A stretch of 64,000 bases of DNA from an uncultured Methylomirabilota bacterium (GCA_963705305.1 OY970067.1:5184001-5248000); one strand, 5' to 3'. Shown: positions 38,722-49,797, numbered from the stretch's first letter. Program-made: numbers and translations. Notes: a model not told the origin generated them from the letters alone.

Positions 38722-39696
38722 ATGCTGACGGCCGTGCCGGGATTTCAGGTGGGACATGCCACCGATGAGACAGGCTGCACCGGATGCACGGTCATCCTGT
38801 GCCCCGAGGGAACGGTGGGCGGAGTGGATATCCGAGGATCCGCTTCCGGAACGCGGGAGATGGACGCGCTGTCCCCGCTCCACCTCGTGCCGCACGTGCA
38901 CGCGGTCCTGCTGGCCGGCGGTTCCGCATTCGGCCTGGATGCAGCCGCCGGCGTCATGCGCTACCTGGAAGAGCGCGGGGTCGGCTTTGATGTGGGCCTG
39001 ACCCACGTGCCCATCGTTCCCACCGCCATCCTGTTCGACCTTCGCCTGGGCGACCCCCGCGCCCGCCCGGACGCGGGCATGGCCTACGCGGCCTGCCGCC
39101 ACGCCTCCGCGGGTCCGGTCCCGGAAGGCTCGGTGGGGGCCGGAGCCGGCGCCTCGGTCGGAAAGCTCTTCGGCATCAGCCGGGCCATGAAGTCGGGGCT
39201 CGGCACGGCCTGGCGGGAGCTGTCCGGGGGAGTGCGCATCGCCGCTCTGGTCGTGGTGAATGCGTTCGGTGACGTGCGGGATCCGCATACCGGAAACTTG
39301 CTGGCCGGAGCGCGGGAGGCGCCCGGCAGCCGACGCCTGGTGGATACCGCTGAGGCCATGCGACAGGGCAGCGCCCCCCGGGGCTACAAGCCGGAAAATA
39401 CGACCCTGGCCGTTGTTGCCACCGATGCCCGGTTCGACAAGGTCCAGGCGACCAAGCTGGCCCAAATGGCACAGCACGGCCTGGTGCGGACTATCAGCCC
39501 CGTCCACACCATGCTGGATGGAGACCTGGTCATCGCCCTGGCCGGGGGTGAGGGACAGGTAGAGTTAAACGCCGCCGGCGTGATCGCCGCCGACGTCGTC
39601 GCCGAGGCCGTCCTGCGCGCTATCCGACAGGCCAAGTCGCTGGCCGGCCTGCCCGCCTGGGCGGACCTGCAGCCCGCCCAGGCGGGCCCCGACTGA
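38722..39696 (+). CDS. P1/S58 family (DmpA-like) peptidase
   Basis: VGH, TGCTV, GTRE, GGSAFGL, NAFGD, NTT, DGD. Confidence 0.9.
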   Translation: MLTAVPGFQVGHATDETGCTGCTVILCPEGTVGGVDIRGSASGTREMDALSPLHLVPHVHAVLLAGGSAFGLDAAAGVMRYLEERGVGFDVGLTHVPIVPTAILFDLRLGDPRARPDAGMAYAACRHASAGPVPEGSVGAGAGASVGKLFGISRAMKSGLGTAWRELSGGVRIAALVVVNAFGDVRDPHTGNLLAGAREAPGSRRLVDTAEAMRQGSAPRGYKPENTTLAVVATDARFDKVQATKLAQMAQHGLVRTISPVHTMLDGDLVIALAGGEGQVELNAAGVIAADVVAEAVLRAIRQAKSLAGLPAWADLQPAQAGPD

Positions 39697-39712
39697 TCCG
39701 AAATCCGCTGTC

Positions 39713-39913
39713 TTAGGCCTTCTTGTTCCTGGAATCCTTCTCGTCGTTCTTCTTGGGGGTCACGTCGATCGCATCCTTGCCTGCCACCGAGTCCTTGAAT
39801 CCGCGGATGGCTTTGCCGAGGCCGCTTCCGATATCCCCCAGGCGGTTGGTCCCGAAGATCAGCAGGATGATGACAAGGATGACGAGAAGCTCCGGCAAAC
39901 CCATCCCGAACAT
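39713..39913 (-). CDS. tatA: Twin-arginine translocase TatA/E
   Basis: [16 protein letters not shown]...[12 protein letters not shown]. Confidence 0.92.
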   Translation of the reverse strand: MFGMGLPELLVILVIILLIFGTNRLGDIGSGLGKAIRGFKDSVAGKDAIDVTPKKNDEKDSRNKKA

Positions 39914-40055
39914 GGCACTTCTCCTTGGAAGTTAACACCGATGATGGCCTAGAATCCCCTAGCTTCCGGAGGATGTCAACCGAAAATGGGGCCGGGCGCT
40001 CCCCGCCATCCGCGTCCCACGTGCCGCTGGGGCCAGCCCCGCTTCCCCGCCTTGA

Positions 40056-41963
40056 TCAATACGGCACCCGCTCGTCCCCCTGGCGCCGGGTGACCCGGGC
40101 GGCGTCTAGGTGCTCCAGGTAGGGGATGGCGTACTTGCGCGAGACGCCGAACAGCTCCTTCATGGCGGCGACGTTGATGGTCGCCTGGCCCTGAAAATGC
40201 CGGGCGATCCGCTCCCGCAGCTGCGCGTAGCTGTCGCGGTGCAGGTAGAGATCCTCCGCCAGCCTGACCAGGACTCCATCATCCACCAGGCGCCGGAAGA
40301 CGGCCTGGCCCGCCTTCCGATCCGTCCCCAGTCCCGCCAGGGCCGCATCCGGGGCGGGGGGCTGAAACGCCGCAGCGCGGAACGCGGCCTCGATCTTCTC
40401 CTTCAGACCTTCCTCCGCTATCGACAGGGTCGGCCGGTGACCGGCCTGGCGGACCTTGTCCCGCTCCACGGCGATTTTTCCCGCCGCTGCCAGGCGGGCG
40501 AGCATCCACCCGAAGGTGGCCGGATTGAGCCGGCTGGAGAGTTTGCTCCGCAGCTCTTCTTTGGGCAGGCCGTCTTTCAACGGCTCCTTGGCGTGAAAGT
40601 CGCCCAGCCGGCCCTCGATTTCCTTCTCCAACTGCTTGACCCGATCGGCGTGGAGGAATCCGCTTTCCCCCTTGTTTCCCACGGAGACTGCCGCTCCGCC
40701 TTCCACCAACTCGCGCAGGCTGGCGGTGACGGTAGCCGCATCCAGGTCGCTCCGCGTCCCCAACTCTTCGCCAGACAGGGGCGCGAATCCTGTCCCGAGC
40801 AGCAGGCGCTCCACCCGCTCGGTCGGCCGTCCCTGCTCCAGGACGCGAAGGTGCTCGATCACCTTGGCCCGCGGCCGCCTGGCCTTGGGCGGATTCGGAT
40901 CCAGGATGCTCCCCCCGCCGATGGTGACGGCGGGCGAGTAGCTTCGGATGACGTAGTGGTCACGGGACAACGCTGCCGACGGGGACTCCAGCCGCAGGTG
41001 CACGTACGCCTGCTCTCCCGGCCGCAGCTCTTCCCGGTCCAGCAGCACCACGCGCGCCAGCCGCTCGCTGGTTCCGAGGTGAAAGCGAACCCGCGCGCGG
41101 TTCGCCAGCGGGCGCGGGGCATCCGCCAGGAGGGACAGCGTGGCGTCGAACCCCTGCGACGGGCGCAGCACACCCGGGGCGCACAGCACGTCCCCCCGCT
41201 CGATCTCCGCCACCTCCAGCCCCGGCAGGTTCGCCGCGGTCCGCTGCCCCGCGACCGCGCGCTCCACAGTCTGGCCGTGAACCTGCAGACGGCGCACCCG
41301 CGACCGAAGGTCCTTCGGCAGGACCGCCACCTCGTCTCCCACCGCCAGCGACCCGGTCCACAGGGTGCCCGTGACGACCGTCCCGAAGCCCTTGATGCTG
41401 AAGACCCGATCGATCGGCAGGCGCAGAATCCCCTCGGTGCGTCGCGGCTCGACGGCCGACGCCTGCGCCTGAAGGGCCTCCAGGATCTGCGGCAACCCTT
41501 CCCGGGTGACGGCGGAGCAGGTGATGATGGGGCAGCCCTCCAAAAACGATCCCCGCAAGGCCTGGGCCACGTCCTGCTGGACCATTCCCAGCCAGTCCGC
41601 CTCGACGAGGTCCGCCTTGGTCAGGGCTACTAGGCCGCGCTTGACCTGCAGCAACTCGCAGATGTGGAGATGCTCCCGCGTCTGCGGCATGACCCCTTCG
41701 TCGGCGGCGATGACCAGGACCACCAGGTCGATCCCGCCCACGCCGGCCAGCATAGTCTTGACGAAGCGCTCATGGCCGGGCACGTCCACGATCCCGGCCT
41801 GGGTCCCGTCCGCCAGGTTCAGAAAGGCGAACCCGAGCTCGATGGAGATCCCGCGCTCCTTCTCTTCCTTGAGCCGGTCGGTATCGATGCCGGTAAGGGC
41901 CTTGACCAGGGTTGTCTTGCCGTGATCGATGTGGCCCGCGGTCCCGATGACGAGGTGTCGCAT
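40056..41963 (-). CDS. selB: Selenocysteine-specific elongation factor
   Basis: [28 protein letters not shown]-terminal winged helices with [13 protein letters not shown]. Confidence 0.97.
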   Translation of the reverse strand: MRHLVIGTAGHIDHGKTTLVKALTGIDTDRLKEEKERGISIELGFAFLNLADGTQAGIVDVPGHERFVKTMLAGVGGIDLVVLVIAADEGVMPQTREHLHICELLQVKRGLVALTKADLVEADWLGMVQQDVAQALRGSFLEGCPIITCSAVTREGLPQILEALQAQASAVEPRRTEGILRLPIDRVFSIKGFGTVVTGTLWTGSLAVGDEVAVLPKDLRSRVRRLQVHGQTVERAVAGQRTAANLPGLEVAEIERGDVLCAPGVLRPSQGFDATLSLLADAPRPLANRARVRFHLGTSERLARVVLLDREELRPGEQAYVHLRLESPSAALSRDHYVIRSYSPAVTIGGGSILDPNPPKARRPRAKVIEHLRVLEQGRPTERVERLLLGTGFAPLSGEELGTRSDLDAATVTASLRELVEGGAAVSVGNKGESGFLHADRVKQLEKEIEGRLGDFHAKEPLKDGLPKEELRSKLSSRLNPATFGWMLARLAAAGKIAVERDKVRQAGHRPTLSIAEEGLKEKIEAAFRAAAFQPPAPDAALAGLGTDRKAGQAVFRRLVDDGVLVRLAEDLYLHRDSYAQLRERIARHFQGQATINVAAMKELFGVSRKYAIPYLEHLDAARVTRRQGDERVPY

Positions 41964-42207
41964 GCGCCGCGCTCCTTGATCGGCTGACTATAGCGTGTCA
42001 CCCAGAGCCAGACAAGCCCTCCCCGGGGAGCTCGGAGCGGGCACGGGCGAACAATGGCGGAGTTCGGGGGGAGAGGCTGCAGCCCCTTCGGTGGGCGCCG
42101 CCGCAGCCGGAGAGGCCCCCGAGGGCAATTGGGACCTCTGAATTTGAAGAAAATCGGTCTTGGCGATCCGGGCACCCAGCTCTCGGATGGAGCGATTGGG
42201 GAATCCG

Positions 42208-42837
42208 TCAGGCGAGATGTTTTTGCACGGCCGCGAGGACCCGGTCGCGAAGCTCTCGGCCTTGCGTCTCGGCCGCCCGCAGCCGCTCCATCCGCCCCGC
42301 CCGGTAGGCCTCGTCTTTGATTGCCCCCAGGTTGATCCGAACGTTGAGGGCGCCCCCCTCCAGCGCCGCCCCGGCCAAGACGGCACTGACCCCTGCGTCC
42401 GAGGCGGCGCTGGGGGTCCCCTGCTCCGCCACCTGGAGCGCAAGCTCCAACAGCCGCATCGCCCGGCCGCAGAGCCGGAGCGGGGGTTCGACCGCCGCCT
42501 TGTACGCTTCCTGGACGGCTCGCGAGCGCTCGGCCTGCTGGTCCGCCGTCTCCTTCGACATGCGGAAGGCGGCCATCACCAGGTCAAAGGCCCGGGCGTC
42601 CTCGTCCGCCAGGGCCAACAGCTCGCGTCGGAGCGCATCCGCCTCCGTGGCGAGCGCCTCCATCGACTCCGCCCGGTCGGCGAACTTCTTGCTCTTGGCC
42701 GTGGTGCGGGCCACCATTGCCGCCAGGGCGCCGGCCAGGGCGCCGGCCAGGGCCGAAGCGGACCCTCCGCCCGGCGTGGGCGCCTCGGACGCCAGCACCT
42801 CTGTAAACTCCTCCACAGACATCTGGGCGAATCCCAT
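42208..42837 (-). CDS. Formiminotetrahydrofolate cyclodeaminase family protein
   Basis: ASEAPTPGGGSASAL, D..AF, SDAGV, NVRINL. Confidence 0.9.
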   Translation of the reverse strand: MGFAQMSVEEFTEVLASEAPTPGGGSASALAGALAGALAAMVARTTAKSKKFADRAESMEALATEADALRRELLALADEDARAFDLVMAAFRMSKETADQQAERSRAVQEAYKAAVEPPLRLCGRAMRLLELALQVAEQGTPSAASDAGVSAVLAGAALEGGALNVRINLGAIKDEAYRAGRMERLRAAETQGRELRDRVLAAVQKHLA

Positions 42838-42956
42838 CGCCTGGCTCCTTCCACCCGGCACAGGCCGTCGCGCGTCCCGGTTTCTATCCTTGGCCAATTG
42901 GGACGGCGCTCGGCGCCGGCCAGGGCCGGTTTGCAGCCTCGACCCGGGTTCCGCAT

Positions 42957-43850
42957 CTACTCCGGGATCAGATGATACTCGATGATCTTCTTGGCGCTGA
43001 AGTCGGGCAGCTGGAGATAGTAGCTCACGACCTCCTCCACCGCCTCGATGGGCACCATGCCGATCAGCTCGCATTCCTTGACGAGCACCCCGTAGCGCGC
43101 CGCCTCGGCCCGGATCAGCTCCACCGCCCGGTGGATGGGGGTCTTCTGGTAGTTGACCAAGTTCATGGACACCTGCACGATCCCCTGGCCCTCCAGGCGA
43201 AGCCCCATGGCCTTCACAAACCGCAGCCCGCCGCCGATGTGGCGGACGGCATTGGCGATCTTTTTCGCCACCTCCAGGTCGCCGGTATGCAGGTTGACAT
43301 TGAAGGCGATGAGCGGCATCCGGGCGCCCACCGCCGTGACGCCCGACTTCGGATTGAGCGTCTGCGGGCCCGCATCCACCGACCAGTCGGGATCCTGGAG
43401 CTTCCTGGGCATCCCCTCGTACTCCCCCTTCCGGATGTCGGCTAGGTTGCGGCGGGACTCCCGGGTGCAGGCCTGCTCGTAGAAGAATACCGGGACCCGG
43501 TGCCGCTCGGCATAGGCCGTGCCGAAGCGGCGCGCGATCTCAACCGCCTCGGCCATGGTCATCCCGCGGATGGGGATGAAGGGGATGACATCCACGGCAC
43601 CCATGCGCGGGTGGCTGCCCGTATGGGTCCGCATATCGATCAACTCGACGGCCCGCGATACCACCGCCATGGCCGCGGTCTCCACCGCCTCGGGCGTCCC
43701 CAGGAAAGTGGAGTCCGCCCGATTGTGGTCCTTGTCCATGGACAGGTCCAGGATCTTGACGGGAAACTGCTGCAGGACCTTCTCCAGCTCTTTCAGAAAG
43801 CTCGGGTCCCGCCCCTCACTGAAGTTCGGCACACACTGCAGGATCCTCAT
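42957..43850 (-). CDS. ftcD: Glutamate formimidoyltransferase
   Basis: CVPNFSEGR, DHNR, HPRMGAVDVIPF, IRKGEYEG, QVSMNL. Confidence 0.93.
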   Translation of the reverse strand: MRILQCVPNFSEGRDPSFLKELEKVLQQFPVKILDLSMDKDHNRADSTFLGTPEAVETAAMAVVSRAVELIDMRTHTGSHPRMGAVDVIPFIPIRGMTMAEAVEIARRFGTAYAERHRVPVFFYEQACTRESRRNLADIRKGEYEGMPRKLQDPDWSVDAGPQTLNPKSGVTAVGARMPLIAFNVNLHTGDLEVAKKIANAVRHIGGGLRFVKAMGLRLEGQGIVQVSMNLVNYQKTPIHRAVELIRAEAARYGVLVKECELIGMVPIEAVEEVVSYYLQLPDFSAKKIIEYHLIPE

Positions 43851-43971
43851 CGGCGACGGCCCTCCCCTGGCGGTGAATCGCTGTGTCCGACCTCATCCGC
43901 GAAATGGCGAGGAAGATACCACGACGGCCCGCAGCCGGCAACCGGCGCCGCCCGGTCCCCGGGCGGCCTGC

Positions 43972-44409
43972 CTAGCGGCCGATGTCCTCGTTCCACAGCT
44001 CCGGATGGGCGCGGATGAAGTCCGTCATAAGGCAGATGCAGGCGGGCTCTTGCAAGGTGGTCACCTCCACCCCGCGGGAGGCCAGCAGGGCCTCTTCTCC
44101 CCGGAAGGTTCGATTCTCCCCCACCACCACCCGCGGGATGCCGTACAGCACAATGGCCCCGCTGCACATGGCGCAAGGGGAGAGCGTGGTATAGAGGGTA
44201 CAGTCCCGGTAGACAGAGGCCGGCTGCCTCCCGGCGTTCTCCAGGGCGTCCATCTCCCCGTGCAGGATGGCGCTGCCCCGCTGGACGCGCCGGTTGTGCC
44301 CCCGCCCGAGGATTTGCCCGCGGTGGACGAGAACCGCGCCGATCGGGATCCCGCCTTCGCGCAGCCCCTGTTCGGCCTCCTCGATTGCGGCCTGCAGATG
44401 CGGATCCAT
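43972..44409 (-). CDS. Zn-dependent nucleoside/cytosine deaminase
   Basis: HGE, PCAMC, W.EDIG. Confidence 0.9.
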   Translation of the reverse strand: MDPHLQAAIEEAEQGLREGGIPIGAVLVHRGQILGRGHNRRVQRGSAILHGEMDALENAGRQPASVYRDCTLYTTLSPCAMCSGAIVLYGIPRVVVGENRTFRGEEALLASRGVEVTTLQEPACICLMTDFIRAHPELWNEDIGR

Positions 44410-44708
44410 AGGGCCCTCCTCCGGACAGCGACTCAGGCCTCCTGCACGAGATGGGGCAGCGCCGCCGGCAACTCCAGCGACGGCCCGACCGCGCCGCCGT
44501 CAGGATGTCCCCGGCCACGTAGTGTGCAGGCGGGAAGCCCCCCAGGCCGCCCGCCGACCACGTGCGGCTGCCGTGAATTGCGCGGACCTGGAGGAAGAGA
44601 ATAACGCCTGCGGGATCCCATCCGTCGGGGTCGCCGGTCGATGCGGGGTCTGCCCGCCCCGGATTATCAGGCGGCCGGCGCCCCCCCAACGCGCGGGGCG
44701 GCGCAGGC

Positions 44709-45725
44709 TCAGTAGCTCATCGCGTCGAGCTTCACCTTTCCCCGGAAGATGTAATAGATGCTGGCCGTATAGGCCAGCACCAGCGGCACCCCGATCACCG
44801 CGATGACCAGCATGATGGTCAGCGTCTTGGGGGAGGAGGCCGCGTTGTAGATCGTCAGGCTCAGGTCGGGATCCGGACGGGACAGCACCAGGTAGGGAAA
44901 GATCCCGATCGCCACCAGCACCATCAGCCCCACCATGGTGGCGCCCGAGGAGAGAAACGCCAGGAAGTCCCGCGCGTAGTAGATCTCCCGGGGAATGTTG
45001 GCCACCGCCAGCATGGTGAGCACGGGCACCACGAAGAAGATCGGATAGTCCCGCATGTGCTGGCTCATGTGGGGCACATACAAGAGCGTGGCCATGGTCG
45101 TCAGCCCGTAGCAGACGATGAAGAAGATCATGCAGTTCTTGACCCAGCCGCGGGCGATCTCGTGCAGCTCCCCCTCCGTCTTGAGCACGGTATAGATCGC
45201 CCCGTGCATCATGAACAGGGCCAGCGTGGTGAAGCCCACCAGCAGCGCGTAGGGATTCAGCAAGCCCAGGAAGGTCCCCGCGAACTCCCGCTGGGCGTCC
45301 AGCGGCACCCCCCAGACGATGTTGCCGAAGGCCACCCCCAGGAGGAGGCTGCAGCCGATGCTGGCCGCGGAGAAGCTGACGTCCCACGTCCGCCGCCACC
45401 AGCGAGGCTCCAGCTTGCTGCGGAACTCGATGGCCACGGCCCGGAAGATCAGCATGAACAGCAGCAGCATGAAGGCCAGGTAGAAGCCGGAAAAGACCGT
45501 GGCATACACCTCCGGGAAGGCGGCAAAGAGGGCCCCCCCGCCCGTCACCAGCCAGACCTCGTTGCCATCCCACACGGGCCCGATGGCGTTGATCATCATC
45601 CGCCGGTGCTCGTCCTTTGCGGTCAGCAGGTGGAGCGCTCCCACCCCCAGATCGAAGCCGTCCAGGAACGCGTACCCCGTGAGGAGGACGCCGACCAGCC
45701 CGAACCAGATGATGTTCAGATCCAT
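44709..45725 (-). CDS. cydB: Cytochrome bd ubiquinol oxidase subunit II
   Basis: DGFDLGVG, WDGNEVW, FP..YA..FSG.Y, LTI.NA.SS. Confidence 0.95.
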   Translation of the reverse strand: MDLNIIWFGLVGVLLTGYAFLDGFDLGVGALHLLTAKDEHRRMMINAIGPVWDGNEVWLVTGGGALFAAFPEVYATVFSGFYLAFMLLLFMLIFRAVAIEFRSKLEPRWWRRTWDVSFSAASIGCSLLLGVAFGNIVWGVPLDAQREFAGTFLGLLNPYALLVGFTTLALFMMHGAIYTVLKTEGELHEIARGWVKNCMIFFIVCYGLTTMATLLYVPHMSQHMRDYPIFFVVPVLTMLAVANIPREIYYARDFLAFLSSGATMVGLMVLVAIGIFPYLVLSRPDPDLSLTIYNAASSPKTLTIMLVIAVIGVPLVLAYTASIYYIFRGKVKLDAMSY

Positions 45726-45733
45726 GACCACAC

Positions 45734-47080
45734 TCACTTGGGGCGGTAGGCCACTTCCAGGTCGTCGTCCAGCGGGCCGTGCCGGATCTTCTGGTCCAGC
45801 AGATAGATGAACAGCACGAACAGCGCCAGATAGATCAGGACAAACAGCACCAGCGAGACGACGATCTTCTGCGGCGAGACCGTGGGAGACGTCGCAGCCG
45901 CCGTGCGCATCAGCCCGTAGACGATCCAGGGCTGCCGTCCCAACTCGGCAGTGAACCAGCCCAGCTGGTTGGACATCTGCGGCCCCAGCACGGCGAACAC
46001 GAAGATCCAGAGCAGCCACCGGCATTCGAACAGGCTGCCGCGCCACCAGAGGAAGGCTCCCAGAAGGCTGAGGGCGATCAGGCCCATCCCGATCCCGACC
46101 ATGAGGTGAAAGCCCTGGAAGACCGGATTGACCGGCGGACGATCCTGGGGCGCGAAGGCGTTCAATCCAGTGACCGGGGCGGACGTGCTCCCGTGCAGCA
46201 TGAAGCTCAGCATCCCGGGCAGGCTGATTCCGGCCACCCGCTGATCGGCTTCGTTCACCCAGCCGAACAGGTACAGGCCCGCCGGCGCCGAAGCCGGAAA
46301 GTGCGCCTCCATGGCGGCCAGCTTGCTGGGCTGGTATTCGCCCGCCACCCGCGCGCTCAGGTCCCCCGTGACCAGCGATCCCAGCGAGGCCACCACCGCC
46401 ACCACGAGTCCGATCTTCATCGAGGACTTGGCAAACTCCACGTGTCGCCGGCGAAGGAGGTAGTAGGCGCTGACGCTCAGGACCAGGAAGGCCCCCGCCT
46501 GCCAGGCCCCCAGCACCGTGTGGGTCAGGCGGGTCATGAAAGAGGGGCTGAACACCACCGCCCAGAAATCCACGACCTCGGCGCGGCTGCGCAGGGCGGA
46601 CTGGACGATGTGAAAACCCGCCGGCGTCTGCATCCAGGAGTTTGCCACGATGATCCAGATGGCGCTGAAGTGGGCCCCCAGGGCCACCATGACGGTCGAG
46701 AACATGTGCATCCGGGGGCTGACCTTGTCCCAGCCAAAGAGGAGGACGGCCAGGAATCCGGACTCCAGGAAGAAGGCGAAGATGCCTTCCGCCGCCAGTG
46801 CGCTGCCGAAGACGTCGCCGACGAACCGGGAGTAGGTGGCCCAGTTGGTCCCGAACTGGAACTCCAGCACCACGCCGGTGGCCACACCCAGCGCGAAGGT
46901 CAGGCCGAAGATCCGGGTCCAGAACTTGGTCATCTGCTGGAGGACCGGGTCGCGGGTCTTGAGGTACCTGGCCTCCATGAGGACCAGGATCACCCCGAGG
47001 CCAATGCTGAGCGGCGGATAGATGTAGTGGAAGGATGCGGTCAGGCCAAACTGGATTCGCGAGAGCAGTGCCGGATCCAT
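45734..47080 (-). CDS. cydA: Cytochrome bd ubiquinol oxidase subunit I
   Basis: FHY, EFQFGTNW, NSWMQTP, QPSKLAAME, GRQPW. Confidence 0.95.
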   Translation of the reverse strand: MDPALLSRIQFGLTASFHYIYPPLSIGLGVILVLMEARYLKTRDPVLQQMTKFWTRIFGLTFALGVATGVVLEFQFGTNWATYSRFVGDVFGSALAAEGIFAFFLESGFLAVLLFGWDKVSPRMHMFSTVMVALGAHFSAIWIIVANSWMQTPAGFHIVQSALRSRAEVVDFWAVVFSPSFMTRLTHTVLGAWQAGAFLVLSVSAYYLLRRRHVEFAKSSMKIGLVVAVVASLGSLVTGDLSARVAGEYQPSKLAAMEAHFPASAPAGLYLFGWVNEADQRVAGISLPGMLSFMLHGSTSAPVTGLNAFAPQDRPPVNPVFQGFHLMVGIGMGLIALSLLGAFLWWRGSLFECRWLLWIFVFAVLGPQMSNQLGWFTAELGRQPWIVYGLMRTAAATSPTVSPQKIVVSLVLFVLIYLALFVLFIYLLDQKIRHGPLDDDLEVAYRPK

Positions 47081-47174
47081 GGCGTGGGTGCTCCTCGGCC
47101 TCACACGTTATACCAACAGTCCCTCCAAGGCAAGTCGAGATCGCCAGGGCTGACCGGGGAGTCCCGGGCGGGTT

Positions 47175-47696
47175 TCAGCGCCCTCTCTTGGCCCGCGAGG
47201 CCCGCCGTCCGACCAGCCACAGCTGCGTGAAGATGCCGGCAAGGCACAGGGCCAGCAGGGCCACGCCTGCCAGCGGCCGGTGCAGGCCCGCCCCCTGAGC
47301 CACGAGCGCGGCCCCGATTAGTGACGACAGCAGGATCAGGGTCCACTCGAAGGCCGCCAGCATCAGTAGTCCCCCCACCACGCCCCCGAGCAGCACCCAC
47401 ACCCAGGCTGCCCCGCCGCCTCGACCCCACAAATGGAGCAGGTAGGAAACCGTGTAGGCGCCCGCTGCGATTCCGGCCAGGGCGATGGCGAGGGTTTGCA
47501 ACACCAAGGCCAGGATGGCCCCCACAACTCCGGCGGCCAGTGCCAGCGCCCAGAGGAGCCATGGGGGCTGACCCGCAAAGGCGGTCGTGGCAAATCGCAT
47601 CCCGGCCACGACGCCCAGGGCGCCCACCAGCAGCCAGAAGAGCCGGCGCCCCAGGCCGAGCAGACACGCCCCCAGCACGACTTGCAGGATATCCAT
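47175..47696 (-). CDS. DUF4203-like membrane protein
   Basis: G.RLFW...G, Gly/Ala-rich TM helices, SS..GA, G...Q. Confidence 0.7.
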   Translation of the reverse strand: MDILQVVLGACLLGLGRRLFWLLVGALGVVAGMRFATTAFAGQPPWLLWALALAAGVVGAILALVLQTLAIALAGIAAGAYTVSYLLHLWGRGGGAAWVWVLLGGVVGGLLMLAAFEWTLILLSSLIGAALVAQGAGLHRPLAGVALLALCLAGIFTQLWLVGRRASRAKRGR

Positions 47697-47786
47697 GAGC
47701 CTCTCTCACCGGGGCGGGCCGCGGCAGGTCACTCAGCTGACACGTCCTTCCGGCGATCCGGCGATTCTCGGGCTCTGAGCAGCCTG

Positions 47787-48509
47787 CTAGCGCATCCCGA
47801 TCCACGGGAGAAGGACGATGCCGATGAAATCCTGGAGGAAATGCATGACCATGGGGGCCGTCAGGCTGCCCCGCCACAGGTAGACCAGGGCGAAGATCAG
47901 CCCCATCGCCCCCACGGCCACGACCCCCGCCGATCCCTCGTACGCATGGCCGATAGCAAAGATCGCCGTCGAGAGGATCACCGCGGCGGCGGCGCTTCCC
48001 GTCACGGCCTGAAACCGCAGGATGAGGTACCCCCGGAAGATGGTCTCCTCCGCCACGGCCACGACCACCACCAGCAGGAGGGCCAGCAGAAGCTCCTTGC
48101 CGCCCCGGATGCCGAGCAGGGACTGGACCGGCTTCGACGGGCTGGACAGTCCGGCCGCCCGCAGGATCGCCCCCAGCGAGGCCGCCCCCAAGAAGAAGGG
48201 AGCGAACAAGACAAGCCCCAGCACTGCCTCCCTCCACCCCTCCCCCGGCGTCCAGCCCAGCCGCGCCAGCGGCTCGCCGTTTCGCCAGGCGAAGAAGAAG
48301 ATCAGGCTCACCAGCGCCAGGTCGCGCAGGATGGCCGACGAGGCCAGCAGGATGAAGCTCGAGTTGGCGCGACGCACGATGAAGAGGGAGAGGAGCATGG
48401 ATGGGACGATCAGGAACAGGAAGACTAGTACCTCCCAGAACTGCTCCGATCGGCCGGGCTGCCGTCGCCGCTCCTCGTTGGGAACGATCTCTTGCGAGGG
48501 GTCCGTCAT
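47787..48509 (-). CDS. CPBP (Abi/CAAX) intramembrane metalloprotease
   Basis: EETIFRG, FAIGHAYEG, MHFLQD. Confidence 0.88.
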   Translation of the reverse strand: MTDPSQEIVPNEERRRQPGRSEQFWEVLVFLFLIVPSMLLSLFIVRRANSSFILLASSAILRDLALVSLIFFFAWRNGEPLARLGWTPGEGWREAVLGLVLFAPFFLGAASLGAILRAAGLSSPSKPVQSLLGIRGGKELLLALLLVVVVAVAEETIFRGYLILRFQAVTGSAAAAVILSTAIFAIGHAYEGSAGVVAVGAMGLIFALVYLWRGSLTAPMVMHFLQDFIGIVLLPWIGMR

Positions 48510-48520
48510 GACCCCCCCCG

Positions 48521-48724
48521 TCACCGATTGCGCCGATCGGGCTGGTAGAGCTCCTGCTCGGCCTTCCAGAACGGGCAATGGTCGGCGTGCCAGCGGTGAT
48601 GCAGGATCCGGCCGATCCACGACTCCGGCCGCCTCCGTCCATAGACGCACAGCGGGCAATGATGACACGCCGCGCCCAGCAGGCGACGCAGGGCGTCCGG
48701 CGCCTCTCTCACACGTCCATCCAC
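48521..48724 (-). CDS. Small Cys/His-rich hypothetical protein (67 aa)
   Basis: GGAGGT RBS; CHHCPLC and HHRWHADHCP; fills the msrB-CPBP gap in the same orientation. Confidence 0.7.
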   Translation of the reverse strand: MDGRVREAPDALRRLLGAACHHCPLCVYGRRRPESWIGRILHHRWHADHCPFWKAEQELYQPDRRNR

Positions 48725-48767
48725 GGTCCACCTCCGGTTCCCGGTCGGCTGGCACCGGGATCCACCC

Positions 48768-49196
48768 TCAGTCGACGAGCTCCGGCAGACGCTCTCCTTC
48801 CGGCACGAACTCCAGCGCCAGGCCGTTGTTGCACCAGCGCTGGCCGGTGGGAGCCGGCCCGTCGCTGAACACGTGCCCCTGATGGCCGCCGCAGCGGGCG
48901 CAGTGGTACTCGGTGCGGGGGAGGATCAGCTTGAAGTCCCGCCTGGTGCCGATGTGGCCGGGCAGCGGCTGGGTGAAGCTAGGCCACCCCGTGCCGCTCT
49001 CGAATTTGGCCTGGGAGGCGAACAGCGGAAGGTGGCAGGCGGCGCAGATGTACGTCCCGGCGCGCTTCTCCCGGTTCAGCGGGCTGGAACGGGGGGGCTC
49101 CGTCGCCTCCTCGAACAGGACCTCATAGCGATCCGGCGGCACGGCCTGGCGCCACGCCGCAGGGGGCTTCTCGAGCTTCGCGATCGGCTCCGACAT
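48768..49196 (-). CDS. msrB: Peptide-methionine (R)-S-oxide reductase
   Basis: CAAC, SGTGWPSF, CARC, GHVF.DGP, RWCNNG. Confidence 0.95.
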   Translation of the reverse strand: MSEPIAKLEKPPAAWRQAVPPDRYEVLFEEATEPPRSSPLNREKRAGTYICAACHLPLFASQAKFESGTGWPSFTQPLPGHIGTRRDFKLILPRTEYHCARCGGHQGHVFSDGPAPTGQRWCNNGLALEFVPEGERLPELVD

Positions 49197-49302
49197 ATTA
49201 CCGCTCCTTCCTCAATGGCTTCCCACCCGTGCAGGGCCTCTGTCACGGTCACGCAGAGAGCGCGCCGGGACGCTCGGCCCGGGCGCCCGCGGCTGCGACG
49301 AC

Positions 49303-49797
49303 CTACGGCAACCGGAGCTCGAATTGCTGCTCCTTAACCCGCGTCCCCCACTGGGTTCCCCAATGCTGCTCGACCAGTTGGAAGCCGTGCTTCTCGTACA
49401 GATGCCTCGCCGCGTCGAGCCCCTCGAAGGTCCAGAGGAAGACCCGCCGGTAGCCTTTGCTGCGACAGAATTCGATTGCCGCCGAGAGGAGCCTGTCGCC
49501 GATTCCTTTGCCGGCCAGCGCCTCGGATACGATGAACCACCGCAGGTGCGCACCCTCCCCCTCGGCGTGCAGCCCATCGATGGCAATGCAGCCTTCCACC
49601 CGCCCCGCCACCGAGGTCGTCCAGAAGCCGTCGGTGAGGTCATCGTATCGCCCCAAAAATACCGCCAATCCGGCGGCCACCTTCGACTCGAAGAACGGGC
49701 CGAAGCCCCAGTGGGCGTGGTAGTAGGTCCCATGCAGTTCGACCACGCGGCCGATGGCGCCCGGTACGTACCCCTTGACGATCTCAATGTCCGACAT
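49303..49797 (-). CDS. GNAT family N-acetyltransferase
   Basis: LRWF, G.GIG..L, LWT...L.AARHLY.K.GF; AAGGAG RBS. Confidence 0.88.
   Translation of the reverse strand: MSDIEIVKGYVPGAIGRVVELHGTYYHAHWGFGPFFESKVAAGLAVFLGRYDDLTDGFWTTSVAGRVEGCIAIDGLHAEGEGAHLRWFIVSEALAGKGIGDRLLSAAIEFCRSKGYRRVFLWTFEGLDAARHLYEKHGFQLVEQHWGTQWGTRVKEQQFELRLP

Noticed and set aside
42060..42125. SECIS-like autoregulatory hairpin upstream of selB
   Set aside because: A GC-rich hairpin is present, but nothing distinguishes it from a chance fold or terminator.
48768..49196. Selenoprotein MsrB or other UGA-readthrough genes near selB/selC
   Set aside because: The MsrB catalytic residue is Cys, and I saw no TGA in the window followed by continued homology.
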